Source: Cenococcum geophilum (Eukaryota). From it: a stretch of DNA of 64,000 nucleotides. The notes under the pieces are model-generated. The model did no database searches, was not told where the DNA came from, and was given only the letters and a program-made list of their open reading frames with translations. The translations under genes were made by a program, and so were the position numbers. Below, piece by piece: positions 1 through 10,681 of this stretch (the first letter of the stretch is position 1; each line of letters opens with the position of its first letter). The stretch is taken from assembly GCA_050273025.1 (NCBI GenBank), contig CP158636.1, positions 12,214,001 to 12,278,000 of the forward strand. Direction: 5' to 3'.

Positions 1-743
1 CCCCATGGTAAATAGACGGTAGTTAAGCCTGCGTATCCGCTCTTCCAACACGGCAATCACCACCTCTCATAGATCTCTGCCCACCTGAATCCCCTTCCCC
101 ACCAGCATCGAAATGTGCCAATGCGTGCAAATAACTCAATAATTCAATAATTCACCCCCGCCAACATCGACTCTCGAACCCGCCGAGTTGTCATGAACGG
201 GGATCCGCTCACGCGTACCACTCACTTACCCTGCCAGCTCTCCCTATCCACAGCTAGGCCACCCACCCGGCCATACTAATGCTCCGCCCGCCTCAAGGAA
301 GCTAGAGATGGCATCTATAGCACTTTGGCTTACGCATCTCCATACGTCACTCAACACCGCACCACTGCCGCAGCTGGACGCACCAGAAATAAGAACGGGA
401 GTTAAGACTTCTCACCCCGCTTAGATTAAGATACACAAGAATAACCAACATATCCCTCACCGACTCCATGCCCAAACCAATAAACAACCATGTCATAGAT
501 TCATGAGACCAGAGTTCGAGAAGAACAACAAGGAATTGCGACGATGTAGCATCTTACTGGGAGCATCCAGCAGTTTCATCGTCCAGCGAAGGCTACTGCT
601 AGTTGTTCCGCAAAAGCTTCCAGTGTAAAATGCCTACGTCCTACTTCCTGCAATTTCTCTGTCCTTCTTTTCCTTTGCTCTCTGTCTCTCCCTCTCTTTG
701 TTGTGATACTATGGCTGACAAAGCCAGGTTTTACCAGCTTTGG

Positions 744-1387
744 TCAGGAGTGCCTAACAGGGTCCCAGAAGCCGCTGCTTGACCGCTGGTCCCCACCACC
801 TGCTTTGTTGTTAATTCCTATTATTCCTAGAACGAAGCCAGCTACTCATCATAAAGACGCCCCGAGTACCAAAAGCAACTCACTTGCAGGGCCACCTGGA
901 ACATATCCGTCATGGTAACTGCCGGTAGCAGCGCCATTACTCCGCGCTTTGTTTCGATTGTCTCTATAGCGGAAGACATGCCACAGGCACCACTGGACCA
1001 CCCAATTCTCTTCATTGGGTCCACTCCGATAGGACCCATAGTCGTAGTAGGCTTTTGTTATTGGGCTAGCACTCCGGTATATGTTTAGGATCTCTCTATG
1101 TCTAGCCGTCTCTGACAGATTATCCCACGAGTATGGTGGCTGAATAGCTGGGTTTAATCTGCACTGCTCAACGAGATTATCGCGGCTAAGGCTAAGGCGG
1201 TCTCTACCAGCGGACGCTTCTTCCTGGAAAAAATTACACCAGGATCAGCAGCTTTTCACGACTATCTGCACGCACATACCCTCATTTTATTGTAAATCGC
1301 CTTGTGGTTGGGATTCTGCTCAGACAGGGCCAGTCTTTCAAAGAGCCTCTCCTTAGGAGCACTCATGGGCAGCCCAGCACCTGTCAT
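744..1387 (-). CDS. Three-exon conserved fungal hypothetical protein, 176 aa (exons 1387-1280, 1223-884, 826-744)
   Basis: Introns 1279-1224 (GTATGT..GCTGAT..CAG) and 883-827 (GTGAGT..TAG) join in frame. Product: MTGAGLPMSAPKERLFERLALSEQNPNHKAIYNKMR/EEASAGRDRL...PPYSWDNLSET...NWVVQWCLWHVFRYRDNRNK.../...GFWDPVRHS*. Exon lengths 108+340+83=531 nt with no internal stop. The start ATG is inferred. Confidence 0.8.
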
Positions 1388-3095
1388 TCTCGTACGATAT
1401 GGTCGTTCTTCGAGGACCCTGATGCGGACGTGGGCTGATGGGACAGACGGTTGTAATCTTTTTAGCACGCCTGCCAGCCAAGAACGTCACCAATTCTTAT
1501 AGGCAGCCTCAAACAGACGACGAGTAGACGAGGCGGCCGCTTGTCCCCAATCATGTGACTAAAAGGCCTACCCTCCCGCCCTACCGCCCCTCTGGAGAGG
1601 TTTACTCGCATGTGGGGGACATCCTAAGTGGTCGGATGTTCTGCGGGAACACCCACCGGCCGGGATATCATGCCAGCCATCACAGTTATGGATGTGATGC
1701 AGAACCAGTGTCCGATGATCTCCCTCCCGGAAGAGCTAGATGGCCTTTGACACAACCAGTCCTCGTAGGGAGTGGGCACAACTGCTCGGCTTTCGCCGAT
1801 CTATAATGTGGTCTGATGACAGTTCCGCTGGCCGCACACATCACGGCGGCTTCATGCAGTGACGACAGCGACGGTGAATACTATCATTTGCCATCAGGGC
1901 GCATCTGTACCCAATAAACCGGGCAGCTTCTATCGCTAGGAAGAGGATCAGCCACTACCGCTTGGTTCAGTTGCTGGCAACAGATCGCCAGGTCTATCCG
2001 AACCTTATCTTTCCCAGAATGGTTCTCCCGGATGGACTTTGACTAAAACAGCCTCCTGGGCAGCAGAAGAGCTCTGGACAGCGATGCTCTGCATCTAGGC
2101 GCGATTGCAGATCGGGACAGCTTTGGCGCGAAGCACCATGGCATGAAGCTGTTCGCCTCTCAGGGAGAACATGGTGTGACAATTCCACTAGTCGTGGACT
2201 GGAGTCTCAGACCATACTTGCATACCAAGGACAGTCCGAGGCGCTATTGTTTTCTTCTGATCAACCAAAGAATTGGCAGAAGATCCGAGATCATAGATGA
2301 GCCAGCACACAGCACTGGACGACCGGCCGGCATCCATTGACCGGCATCCATTGACCGGCATCGAGTGTGCTACAACACCACATGGCTATTCGAGCAGGTC
2401 CGCAGGGCGGCACACAACCAAGTTTCTCGTCCGTGAGGCCACATGGGAGGTCAAGGGTCTCACAGTTTCTTACCCGGGCAGCCTAGGGCAGTGGGTTTGG
2501 CATAACGGTTGAGCTGAAATACATTAAACGATGGATTGAAGGGGAAATGATCGACGATGGATTCGATATTCAATGTAGCACGATTGGCGAGATGGCATGC
2601 ATTGTAGATTGTCAAGTTCTCCAAGCCGAACCTCTTAAAACGCCAGCCATCACGTCTCATGCCAATATTACAGCGATGGTCAAATTAAGGGCAGTTAGTT
2701 ATGCAACGCCTTTGCACCTCAAGTGTCGGGATGCTGCAGGACTTGTAGCTCCCCCTCCCCTCCAAAGAGCTTCTGGAACGCTGCAGAGAAGAATACATAG
2801 ACGCGCCGCGGATGCCTCGGTCAGAGGAGTTGATCAGCGTCTCCCGAGCGGAATGACGCGAACTGAGGCGGCAAAGTCATTGAAGAGGCTGGCTTTTTCG
2901 GCGGACTATTGGCGCTCAAGTACCGCCCAACAAAGTGTGGGAAAGCTAGAGAGACAACCTGTATTTTTTTTCGGGGGCGGGACGGCGCGCAAGAGGGCAG
3001 GCCGTGCTGGCAAGATGATTGGCAGCCTAGCAATTCTGCACTCGTTCATCTGGGTGTGCTGGGCTGGTCACCGCGGCCAACCTGCTAAGCGACCC

Positions 3096-3213
3096 TTTGG
3101 TGCCTTTGGTGCTGTTGGTGCTGTTGGTGCTGTTGGTGCTTTTGGTGCTGTTGGTGCTTTTGGTGCTTTTAGTGCTTTTAGTGCTTTTGGTGCTTTTGGT
3201 GCTTTTGGTGCTT
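3096..3213. repeat. 9-bp minisatellite (TTGGTGCT[G/T]), about 13 units
   Basis: Directly visible. It produces the GAFGAV / STKSTK repeats in overlapping ORF translations. Confidence 0.95.
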
Positions 3214-5526
3214 TGATGCTTGCTGATGAGCGTCACAGGCCTGCCAGGCCGTTCCTTGCGCCTGGTGGACGGGCCAATCCTTGCTGCAGCATATCCGCCC
3301 ACACTTCGGAGATCGGCCAAGGGTCCTTCAGTCCCAGTTCCAGGGTTCTCGGCCGACCTGACCGCTCGCATCTGGGTTACTCCTTCCCCGTTAGCGGGCC
3401 GGGGCGTGTCTCTCACCAGCCTAATGCCAGTCAGTGTCCGTGAGAGGGGCGTGCTAGTGAGAGCTAGCTAGTGTGGTGCAGTGCGTTTACACACAGTTCT
3501 CTCAATTTCTCTTTCTTCCTAGTCGTTCTAAGCCCTACAAAGGTACAAGTGCAAATGATCCCCGTCGCCTGCATCGCACTGCACCACAACGCATCAAGCC
3601 CCTTCTCGCCGACTCCTCTAGCTAGCTAGCGCCATTATCCGGCTGAAGCGAACACCGACTTCGCTGCACGCTTTGTGTGTTTGTGTGCTTTTACGCTTGC
3701 GTAATTCTATGCTTTCCGGCTTGTTGAATAGAACTACTGATGGGTTTGGGCGAGGGCGAGGGCCGGGGGCCGCCTGTGCTCTGCGCTGCTGTTTTTCACT
3801 GCCGAGCGGACCGCGGCCGCCTCCACGAAACGTTTTCGCACGAACAGCTGCCCATTTGGATGCCCAAATGAAGTCTCCAAGGGATATGCTCAATTGACTT
3901 TCGAATGCCCTGTGGAGCCGTTGAAACCACGTGGCGGCCATGGACGCAGACAGCATCTAGAGATCTGGCACATGGCACTGTAGAAATCAAGAGAGTCGAG
4001 GTAGCCCCGTGCTATGTGACGCATGAAATACAGCTGTTAGAGCCGCGAATCTCGCCATGAGGCACGCTCAGACCCTCAAGGGAGCCTTGGCCTGCAGCGA
4101 CGGCTGAATATGGCATTGTACGGCAATAATAAAGTTGACTCTGTCTCACTGCTGCAGTTTCTTTTATCATCAGCCAGGAGATCGTGGGAATCTAGTATTG
4201 AAAGGCGTCCGCTGCTAGCTGACGTCTAAGACGTATGCAGCATGCCGAATAAGCCCCCTGCCGAACTGACTGTCAAGCAGTTGTACTCTCATGCTTCTGT
4301 TGTGCTCCCTTTCCCCAAAGGCCACTACTTCCCTTACCTTCTAGTCGCCTTCTAGAACAAATTTCATAACACGGTAGCATTATGGCCATCGTCAGCTTGG
4401 TGGTTGCACAATGGTTATAGAGAGTGGATGCTTCAATGTGAAGCAGTCCTGTTGTTCTTTCCCATACGGGTAGCGATGCTACACCCCGAGAATAGAAGTC
4501 ACGCCGTGAGCGAGTGCATAATGGCAATAGCGATAAACACGACTCAGGGCTTAGTCGATTACTTCATGGGCTCTGGTCTCAGTCATCGAGCAGTCCTTTG
4601 CGGTCTAGATTCTACTATCGGCTGTTGCCCTTTGCATAGCGTCTTCTACAAACATTAGACACTGAAGTCGCATCGATCTGACAATTCCTGTCCGTCTGTC
4701 TGGAGCCGCGAACAGAGCTGCTCATCTCCTGTCCCATCTCCAAGCCTTCCATCAGACAGTTCTGCCGGATCGAAGACGTCCATAACATAACGTTCTCCAA
4801 AAGTCGACTTATCTAAAGGAAGTTCTAAAAGTCATCACTCTTACAAAGCTGTGCATTCGATATCAGGCCATGGAAATGAGCTATCGAATAAAAGCTCGGA
4901 CAAGGATAGCGGTGCAGCAATACTCCACAAACATGGCCTTAGCGCGAAGCATCACCTCAAAGACTCCAAGATCCAGCCTATTGCAACTGTTCAATTCATC
5001 AATCGCCCGAATGGCACTCCTTTAGCGATCATCATCGAGCAAAAGCCTTGCTCCACTAAGCTCTCACCCCGCTCTGCACCAAATATCGATTTGACCCCGT
5101 TTACACTGATACTGGCCATTCAGCCCTTTACTCAAGATCGAACCTAGCAGTCATGGAACTCGACGAAGGATATCCCGGGCTCTCGGCGATGAGAAGTTGC
5201 ATGAATCTAAAAGATGTACAAAAGATGAATCGACGCAATCGGCAGCCTTGCATTGTATCGAACAGGATTCGTTAGGTGGTCTATTTGGACTGGCGTGGCG
5301 TGGATCTAAGGTCAAATCCACTCCAATGCGCCATACCTAAATAGGAATAACAGTTACCTATATAGGCTAGCTCGCCATTTTGGATTGATCACTGGGATCC
5401 AAACCTTACGTGTCCTCTCTCATCCAAATCAACCCATCTCTTCGCCTAAAAGAGCTCTCTGCATCTTCTAGCAGTTCTGCACGTCTCTCAACAAACTCGC
5501 AGTAGAACTAATGACTGTGCTTGCAG

Positions 5527-7024
5527 GACCCTTAAGATCACTCTGCGCAATTTACTTGGAAGCATCCGCAAGGCACAGTCTGTCAGGCCTTCTTTAAGAT
5601 TTCGGACACCTTAGAACATTACCGTGGCTCGAGAGGCTAGTCGATCAATCGATCCAACAGAACAAAGGAGGCAGTTTGTTGGCGTGGACGGTAAAACAAA
5701 GAGATATGCGATTTACAACGCGCTGATTGGTGATCCTATCAGTGGTGTCCCCAATGGCTCACAAATCACTCGACAGCCTCATTTCTAGGGTCCAGGGAAG
5801 TTAGTTTTGCTCAGGTCATCGTAACAAATGCAACAAGCAATGCAACATTGCCAGACTTGGTAATAAGCAAGCTGTCAAACCCGCATGGACAAGTACATGG
5901 TAGGTGCACCTATGCAAGGCACTTCTAAAGGTCCGTGATGATGTGCAAGGTGCTCGTAGTAGTCAGAGCGGGTTTGACAACTTGCTTGTTACCAAGTCTG
6001 AACATTGCCTACAGAGATATCCCACTCACCAGACACCAAGCTTCAACAGGAGTCTCTAGCGCGCGTCGCTACTACGCCAATCCCTGACGAGTCTCCTGCT
6101 GTCTCCTCACCTACACCGTCACCTTCGCAATTCCCTGCTCCTCCAAACATCAATCCTACATCTACCATCTCCGATGCTCGCTTTTCGCCCAACACAACCA
6201 ACCCAGGCATTGCAGCCCCTTCTCTGTCGGATCGCAGCAGAGATGGCCTCTCCCGCTATACAGCCGCCGGAATTCCTATCTACCGTCTTAACGCTCCTTC
6301 ACTACGTACCCTAGACCGTAGTCGCGAGCTCAGTTTTGGCAGCGCAGTAACAGAAGTTTCAAACACATCAATCAGAGCAGAGCTCGAGGGGGTCGTTGCA
6401 AATCCACCGGCACCAGCATGCCAACACGACACAACCACAACCACGGCCACACTCTCCGCACCCCCTGACCTCTTTCCAACGCACCCCCCACCCCCCAACA
6501 GCACCGACCCACACGCTCCGCTCCGCCGCCCTCCCCATCCTCCTCCTCCCCCTCGCCGCCGCAGAAGTCATCCCGCACCCGCGCTTCCTCTCCCCGCATC
6601 CGAGCTCCTGCGCGCTCACTCCCCAGCCGCGCAGCTTCCCGCCCGCGCGCCCCGTCACGCTCCCCGCGACTTCGCTGCCCACGTCCCCGCTCCCCTCGCG
6701 CCTGCGCCTGCTTCGTCATACTCATATGCACACGCATGTCGTGCCGCAGCGTGCGGTCGTGGTGCGCTGCGATGGCGTGGTGGGTGTCGCGTCGCTGTTG
6801 CCGAGGAGTGGGGTTGTGCGGGTGGAAGAGAGAGGGAGGGGGGTTGGTGGTCGCGCGGGGTGGATAGAGGAGCTGGGGCTGGAGCTGGAGCTGGAGCGGG
6901 TGTGCTTTTGTCAACTGGCGGATGGGGCGGGGATGAGTGTTGGGCGTGGTGCGGGTGGAGCGCGGGGCTGGGACTGGATGGGCGGAGGAGGTGGAGGGTG
7001 GTGCCTGTTAGGGTTGTGAGGTAG
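5527..7024 (+). pseudogene. Putative multi-exon gene or pseudogene for a Ser/Pro-rich protein, interrupted by a MITE
   Basis: Removing the MITE and one TSD joins 5743-5851 in frame with ORF 6005-7024 (..EVSFAQVIVTNATSNATLPTEISHSP..). Candidate intron 5691-5742 (GTAAAA..GCTGAT..CAG). One TAA at 5595. No family recognised. Confidence 0.4.
5852..6000. mobile_element. 149-bp MITE, hAT-type
   Basis: 33-bp TIRs CAGACTTGGTAATAAGCAAGCTGTCAAACCCGC with 2 mismatches. Perfect 8-bp TSD AACATTGC at 5844-5851 and 6001-6008. CAG termini with an 8-bp TSD are typical of hAT elements. Confidence 0.92.
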
Positions 7025-7384
7025 GGGGAAGGGAGAGAGGGGTGGGGTGGTGGGTTTGGTGTTGGTATTGGTATTGGTATTGGGCTTGCTTTGGGTAGTT
7101 GGTTGGAGATTGGGTTGATACATTGTGGTTTCTTGGGAAGAGAATTGATGGGGGTGTGGTTTTATGGTACAGCTCTCTGTTCAATACGTGATAGAAGAGC
7201 AATGAACGAGTGATTATGTACTATTTGCAGGATACTTTATAACATGCCTTGTTGAATGCTATTACACCCTCTTGTTGCACAGCCAAAAACTCCCATGCCT
7301 CTAAATAATGCCTACAATATTATACAGAGAAAATATCAGTCTAGAGCGCACCGATCTACAGCACACCAGCCCAAAGCACAAAAC

Positions 7385-9142
7385 TCACCCCTCCCTCCTC
7401 CACACATCGCGCCAAAACTCCCTAAACCCATACTGCCGCTCCCGCCTCTCATCCTTCACCCGCGCCGCCTCACCTGCAAACCGCTCCACGACCCCCGCGG
7501 GCCGGAACCCCAGCATGTCTTCGTTCCGCCGCGGCGTCGCGGCGCGCTCGCGGATCGCGGACGCCAGCTGTGGCGCCACATCCGCGTAGCACGCATTCAG
7601 CTCGCGCGCGAGGTTGAAGTACGGCTTCTTGGCCAGGTCCGGCGCTTGCAGGTTGTAGGAGCGGGTGAGCGAGTTCAGGTGGTTGATGGTCAGGGTGTGG
7701 TAGGCGTGCTCGGTGGATTCCCAGGTGGGGTCGCGGAAGGGGTGGGGTGCGGGGGGGATGGTGGTTGGGATGGAGGAGGAGGGGGGCGAGGGAGGGGTTG
7801 CGGCCTCCAGGGTCGCTTGGGCGGTGGGCGAGGGGTCGGCGGTGGAGGAGTCCGGCAGTGGGGTTTTAGTGACGGTGATTTGGGCAGGTGTCTCTGAAGT
7901 TAGGGAGGGAGCGGATGCGGAGGCAGAGGGGACGCTGAGCTCGCCTGATAGTGGGATCTGCGAAATGTGTCCGGCGTCGTCAACAGCGTGGAGGGTTTCC
8001 TCCTTGGCCTTGGGCGGGTTCGCCAGCAGCTCCGCGGCCGCATACGCCTCCGCTCTCTGCATCTGCTCGTGCAGACTGCCGCCCTTGCTCGCGATCATGC
8101 GGGCGGCGTGCCGCTTCCAGTCGTTGCGCAGGCGGGCGCGGAACTTGCTCGCGGTGCCGACGAGCTCCTGCTGCTTCTCGATCCACGGCGGCACGATGTC
8201 CTGCTTCTGGATGATCTTGTTCATGAAGTACTCGGTGGTATCGAGGAACGGGCTGCTGGCGTTGTAGTCGCGCTCGATGCGCTGGCCCCGCGGCAGGTTC
8301 TTGAACTGCCCCCGCGCGATGGCGTCCTCGATGCGCTCGTTCGCTAGCGACGCCAGGCCCTGGATCGTCGCCGGCACTGCTCGCGCGTGCGGCGCAAACC
8401 GCTCCTTCAGTTCCCGGAACCGCTGCTCACGCTCCTTGCCCGTCATCTCCGAGTCCTTCAGCGAGCTGTATATCGAGGTCTTGTCTCGCGCGTTGGCCAG
8501 CCGCGCCCCCGCCGACGCCCTCATCCCCGAGCGTCCCGTATCAACGCTCTTCGGCGGGCCCGCCACCGGCGGCGACGACGACACTCGTGGCGTCCTTCGC
8601 AGTGGCTTATGTGCGTCGCTCAGCATTCGCAGCGACGCGTCCGCGACGGATTCCATCCCTGTCCACGGTGCCGCGGCCGCCATATCGCGCGTGCCACGCC
8701 CCGCGCTCGACGGCATCGCGACCTCTGCGAACGCGCGCGCGTGCTCGTGCCGGAAGGTCGCCGCCGCGATCTTCTCCTCCAGCGCCTGCCGCAGCTCGGC
8801 ACTGAAGCCGGCCTCCTCGACCGCCTTGCGCGCGCTGCGTCCGCCGGTCTCGAGGCTCTCTTCGCTCAGCTGGCTCAGGCGGCGCGCCATTGCTCCCTCG
8901 TCCTCATCCTCGTCCTCTTTCGTTTTTGCGCTGCCGCTGCTCGTAGCTGTGCCATTGTCGGAGGCTGGGCCATCGCTGGCTTTCGCAGCGGTGGAGGCCG
9001 GCGTCAAGGGGAAGGCGGCGAGCCAGCGGCGGTGCTGGAGGTGCGGAGGCTGCTGCGATCGGGTGGGTAGACGGGGGAATTGGATTTGGGCTCGCGGGCA
9101 GCGAGTGCAGATGTACAGTGCCACCGCGGTTGACCTTGGCAT
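7385..9142 (-). CDS. DUF1992 / DNAJC28 conserved-domain protein, 585 aa, possibly mitochondrial
   Basis: Intronless GC-rich ORF with motif LANERIEDAIARGQFKNLPRG..SPFLDTTEYFMNKIIQKQDIVPPWIEKQQE. The Arg-rich, acid-poor N-terminus resembles a targeting presequence (inference). Confidence 0.88.
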   Translation of the reverse strand: MPRSTAVALYICTRCPRAQIQFPRLPTRSQQPPHLQHRRWLAAFPLTPASTAAKASDGPASDNGTATSSGSAKTKEDEDEDEGAMARRLSQLSEESLETGGRSARKAVEEAGFSAELRQALEEKIAAATFRHEHARAFAEVAMPSSAGRGTRDMAAAAPWTGMESVADASLRMLSDAHKPLRRTPRVSSSPPVAGPPKSVDTGRSGMRASAGARLANARDKTSIYSSLKDSEMTGKEREQRFRELKERFAPHARAVPATIQGLASLANERIEDAIARGQFKNLPRGQRIERDYNASSPFLDTTEYFMNKIIQKQDIVPPWIEKQQELVGTASKFRARLRNDWKRHAARMIASKGGSLHEQMQRAEAYAAAELLANPPKAKEETLHAVDDAGHISQIPLSGELSVPSASASAPSLTSETPAQITVTKTPLPDSSTADPSPTAQATLEAATPPSPPSSSIPTTIPPAPHPFRDPTWESTEHAYHTLTINHLNSLTRSYNLQAPDLAKKPYFNLARELNACYADVAPQLASAIRERAATPRRNEDMLGFRPAGVVERFAGEAARVKDERRERQYGFREFWRDVWRREG

Positions 9143-10681
9143 ATAGGTTGCAGGGAGGAATTGGAAGGATTGGGGGATTGGGGAGGAAGAGGCGTGCGGG
9201 TTGGAAATGTGGAGTGGAGTGCGTCATTATTTTTCGGCTACTAGCGGGCGGGGCGGACTTGGCGAATGGGCGGGAGCGGAGGGGGTTGGCTAGGCGGCTG
9301 CCTCACTCGTGCCCATTGCTGCAGAGGAAAATTTTATGTGTGTCAGTACGTGGGAGTTGAAGGGATTTTGGTTTCTTGAACTCGAGGTGCTCTTCAATGC
9401 GATGATCATCGCGATTCCTTTTTGAGCTGGCGTTCAACATGTCTTGCGAATACTGCATCGGCTTCACTGCTCTTCTCGGTCGACCATACGAAGGGGATCA
9501 TTACACTCACGCACCTAGCACCCAGGCTCTGCAAGCATCGGCCGATCCAGGCTGTCAGCTATGCGCTCTTATTATCCAGCAGCTTGATGGCAAATATGAA
9601 CTCGAGTCCATCTTGGAAGAGTCTCGGAGAGGGTATCCAACCGTCATCCAATTAGTCGGACAGACGCCTGAGGGTCATCTCAACTACCAGAAAGATCCGT
9701 ACTGGAAGAATCTGACTGGCCTCGACGTTAACTGTGGTGAAGATGGTCGGAACGATGATTGGTCTTGTTCTCTGCGGTTATATGCACATGAAGGCGGGTC
9801 TTTTCTCGTGTCTAGCTTGAGAAGAGAAATGTCGTCCGGAATCGTTGTTTCACTGCTTCTATTTTCCACCATGCCTTCCTTCTTCCATGCCTTCTTTCTT
9901 CCATGCCTTCTTTCTGATCTCTAGGAACATAAATCTAGAAACAATCTTTTGGCCCCTGCTGACCACCTCGTAAGCAGGTAATCCTGCTGCCCTCTCAGGT
10001 GTAATTGCTGGAAGAGCCGTGGAACAGTATTCTGGTTCCGACAAAAGCCTTGAACTCATCCGCAAGTGGGTAAAAAATTGTTGTACGACACATCTAGGCT
10101 GTCTTCCAGCTTCCACTTCCAGTTATTCTCGAGAAGAAGCGCTTTCGCCATTTCGACCACCATCTACAAAACTCCCTACACGGGTAATCAGAGTCGATGG
10201 ACCAAAGCCTAGATTATATATTGCGAAGAAGGGCGAGATGGGTCAATATACAACCCTTAGGTAAGGGATCTTCTTCTGCCTACCAACGACATACGAACAA
10301 AACTAAAATTTCTCTAGTCATTGCTGGGGAAAAACGCAGCCATTTACAACTAAAAAAGACACTCTCCAGGATCGCATTTAAGGCTTCAATTTAGACGAGT
10401 TGCCAAAGACCTTTCGAGATGCCATAGCTATTACTAGAAAGCTAGAGACAGTGTGTCCAACAGTCAGCTAGCTGCGAGCTTCAGCTTTTATAGCTGACTG
10501 ACTGCGTTAATTGGACCGCTCGCTGTCCGCTGACTGCAAGGTAAGGTACGCTAACTATTACGCTGTCAGCTAGCTGTCCCAATTAGGAAATTAATATAGA
10601 CTTTATGGTGTTTTATTGCGGATTTTTGGCAGCACCTCTCTATATATAAATATTAACGTTGCCTAATTAAATCTAACCCAA

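Noticed and set aside
1..445. Possible LINE 3' tail ending TTAGATTAAGATACACAAGAATAA
   Set aside because: Only a weak resemblance; no coding motif or TSD.
2547..3443. 298-aa ORF with GAFGAV repeats
   Set aside because: Its length is partly due to the stop-free 9-bp minisatellite, and no domain is recognisable.
1900..5200. Scattered protein-like minus-strand fragments
   Set aside because: Possibly decayed genes, but I could not build a consistent exon model or assign a family.
7256..9146. Several long + strand ORFs (7256, 7713, 8277, 8387)
   Set aside because: Antisense shadows of the GC-rich DUF1992 gene.
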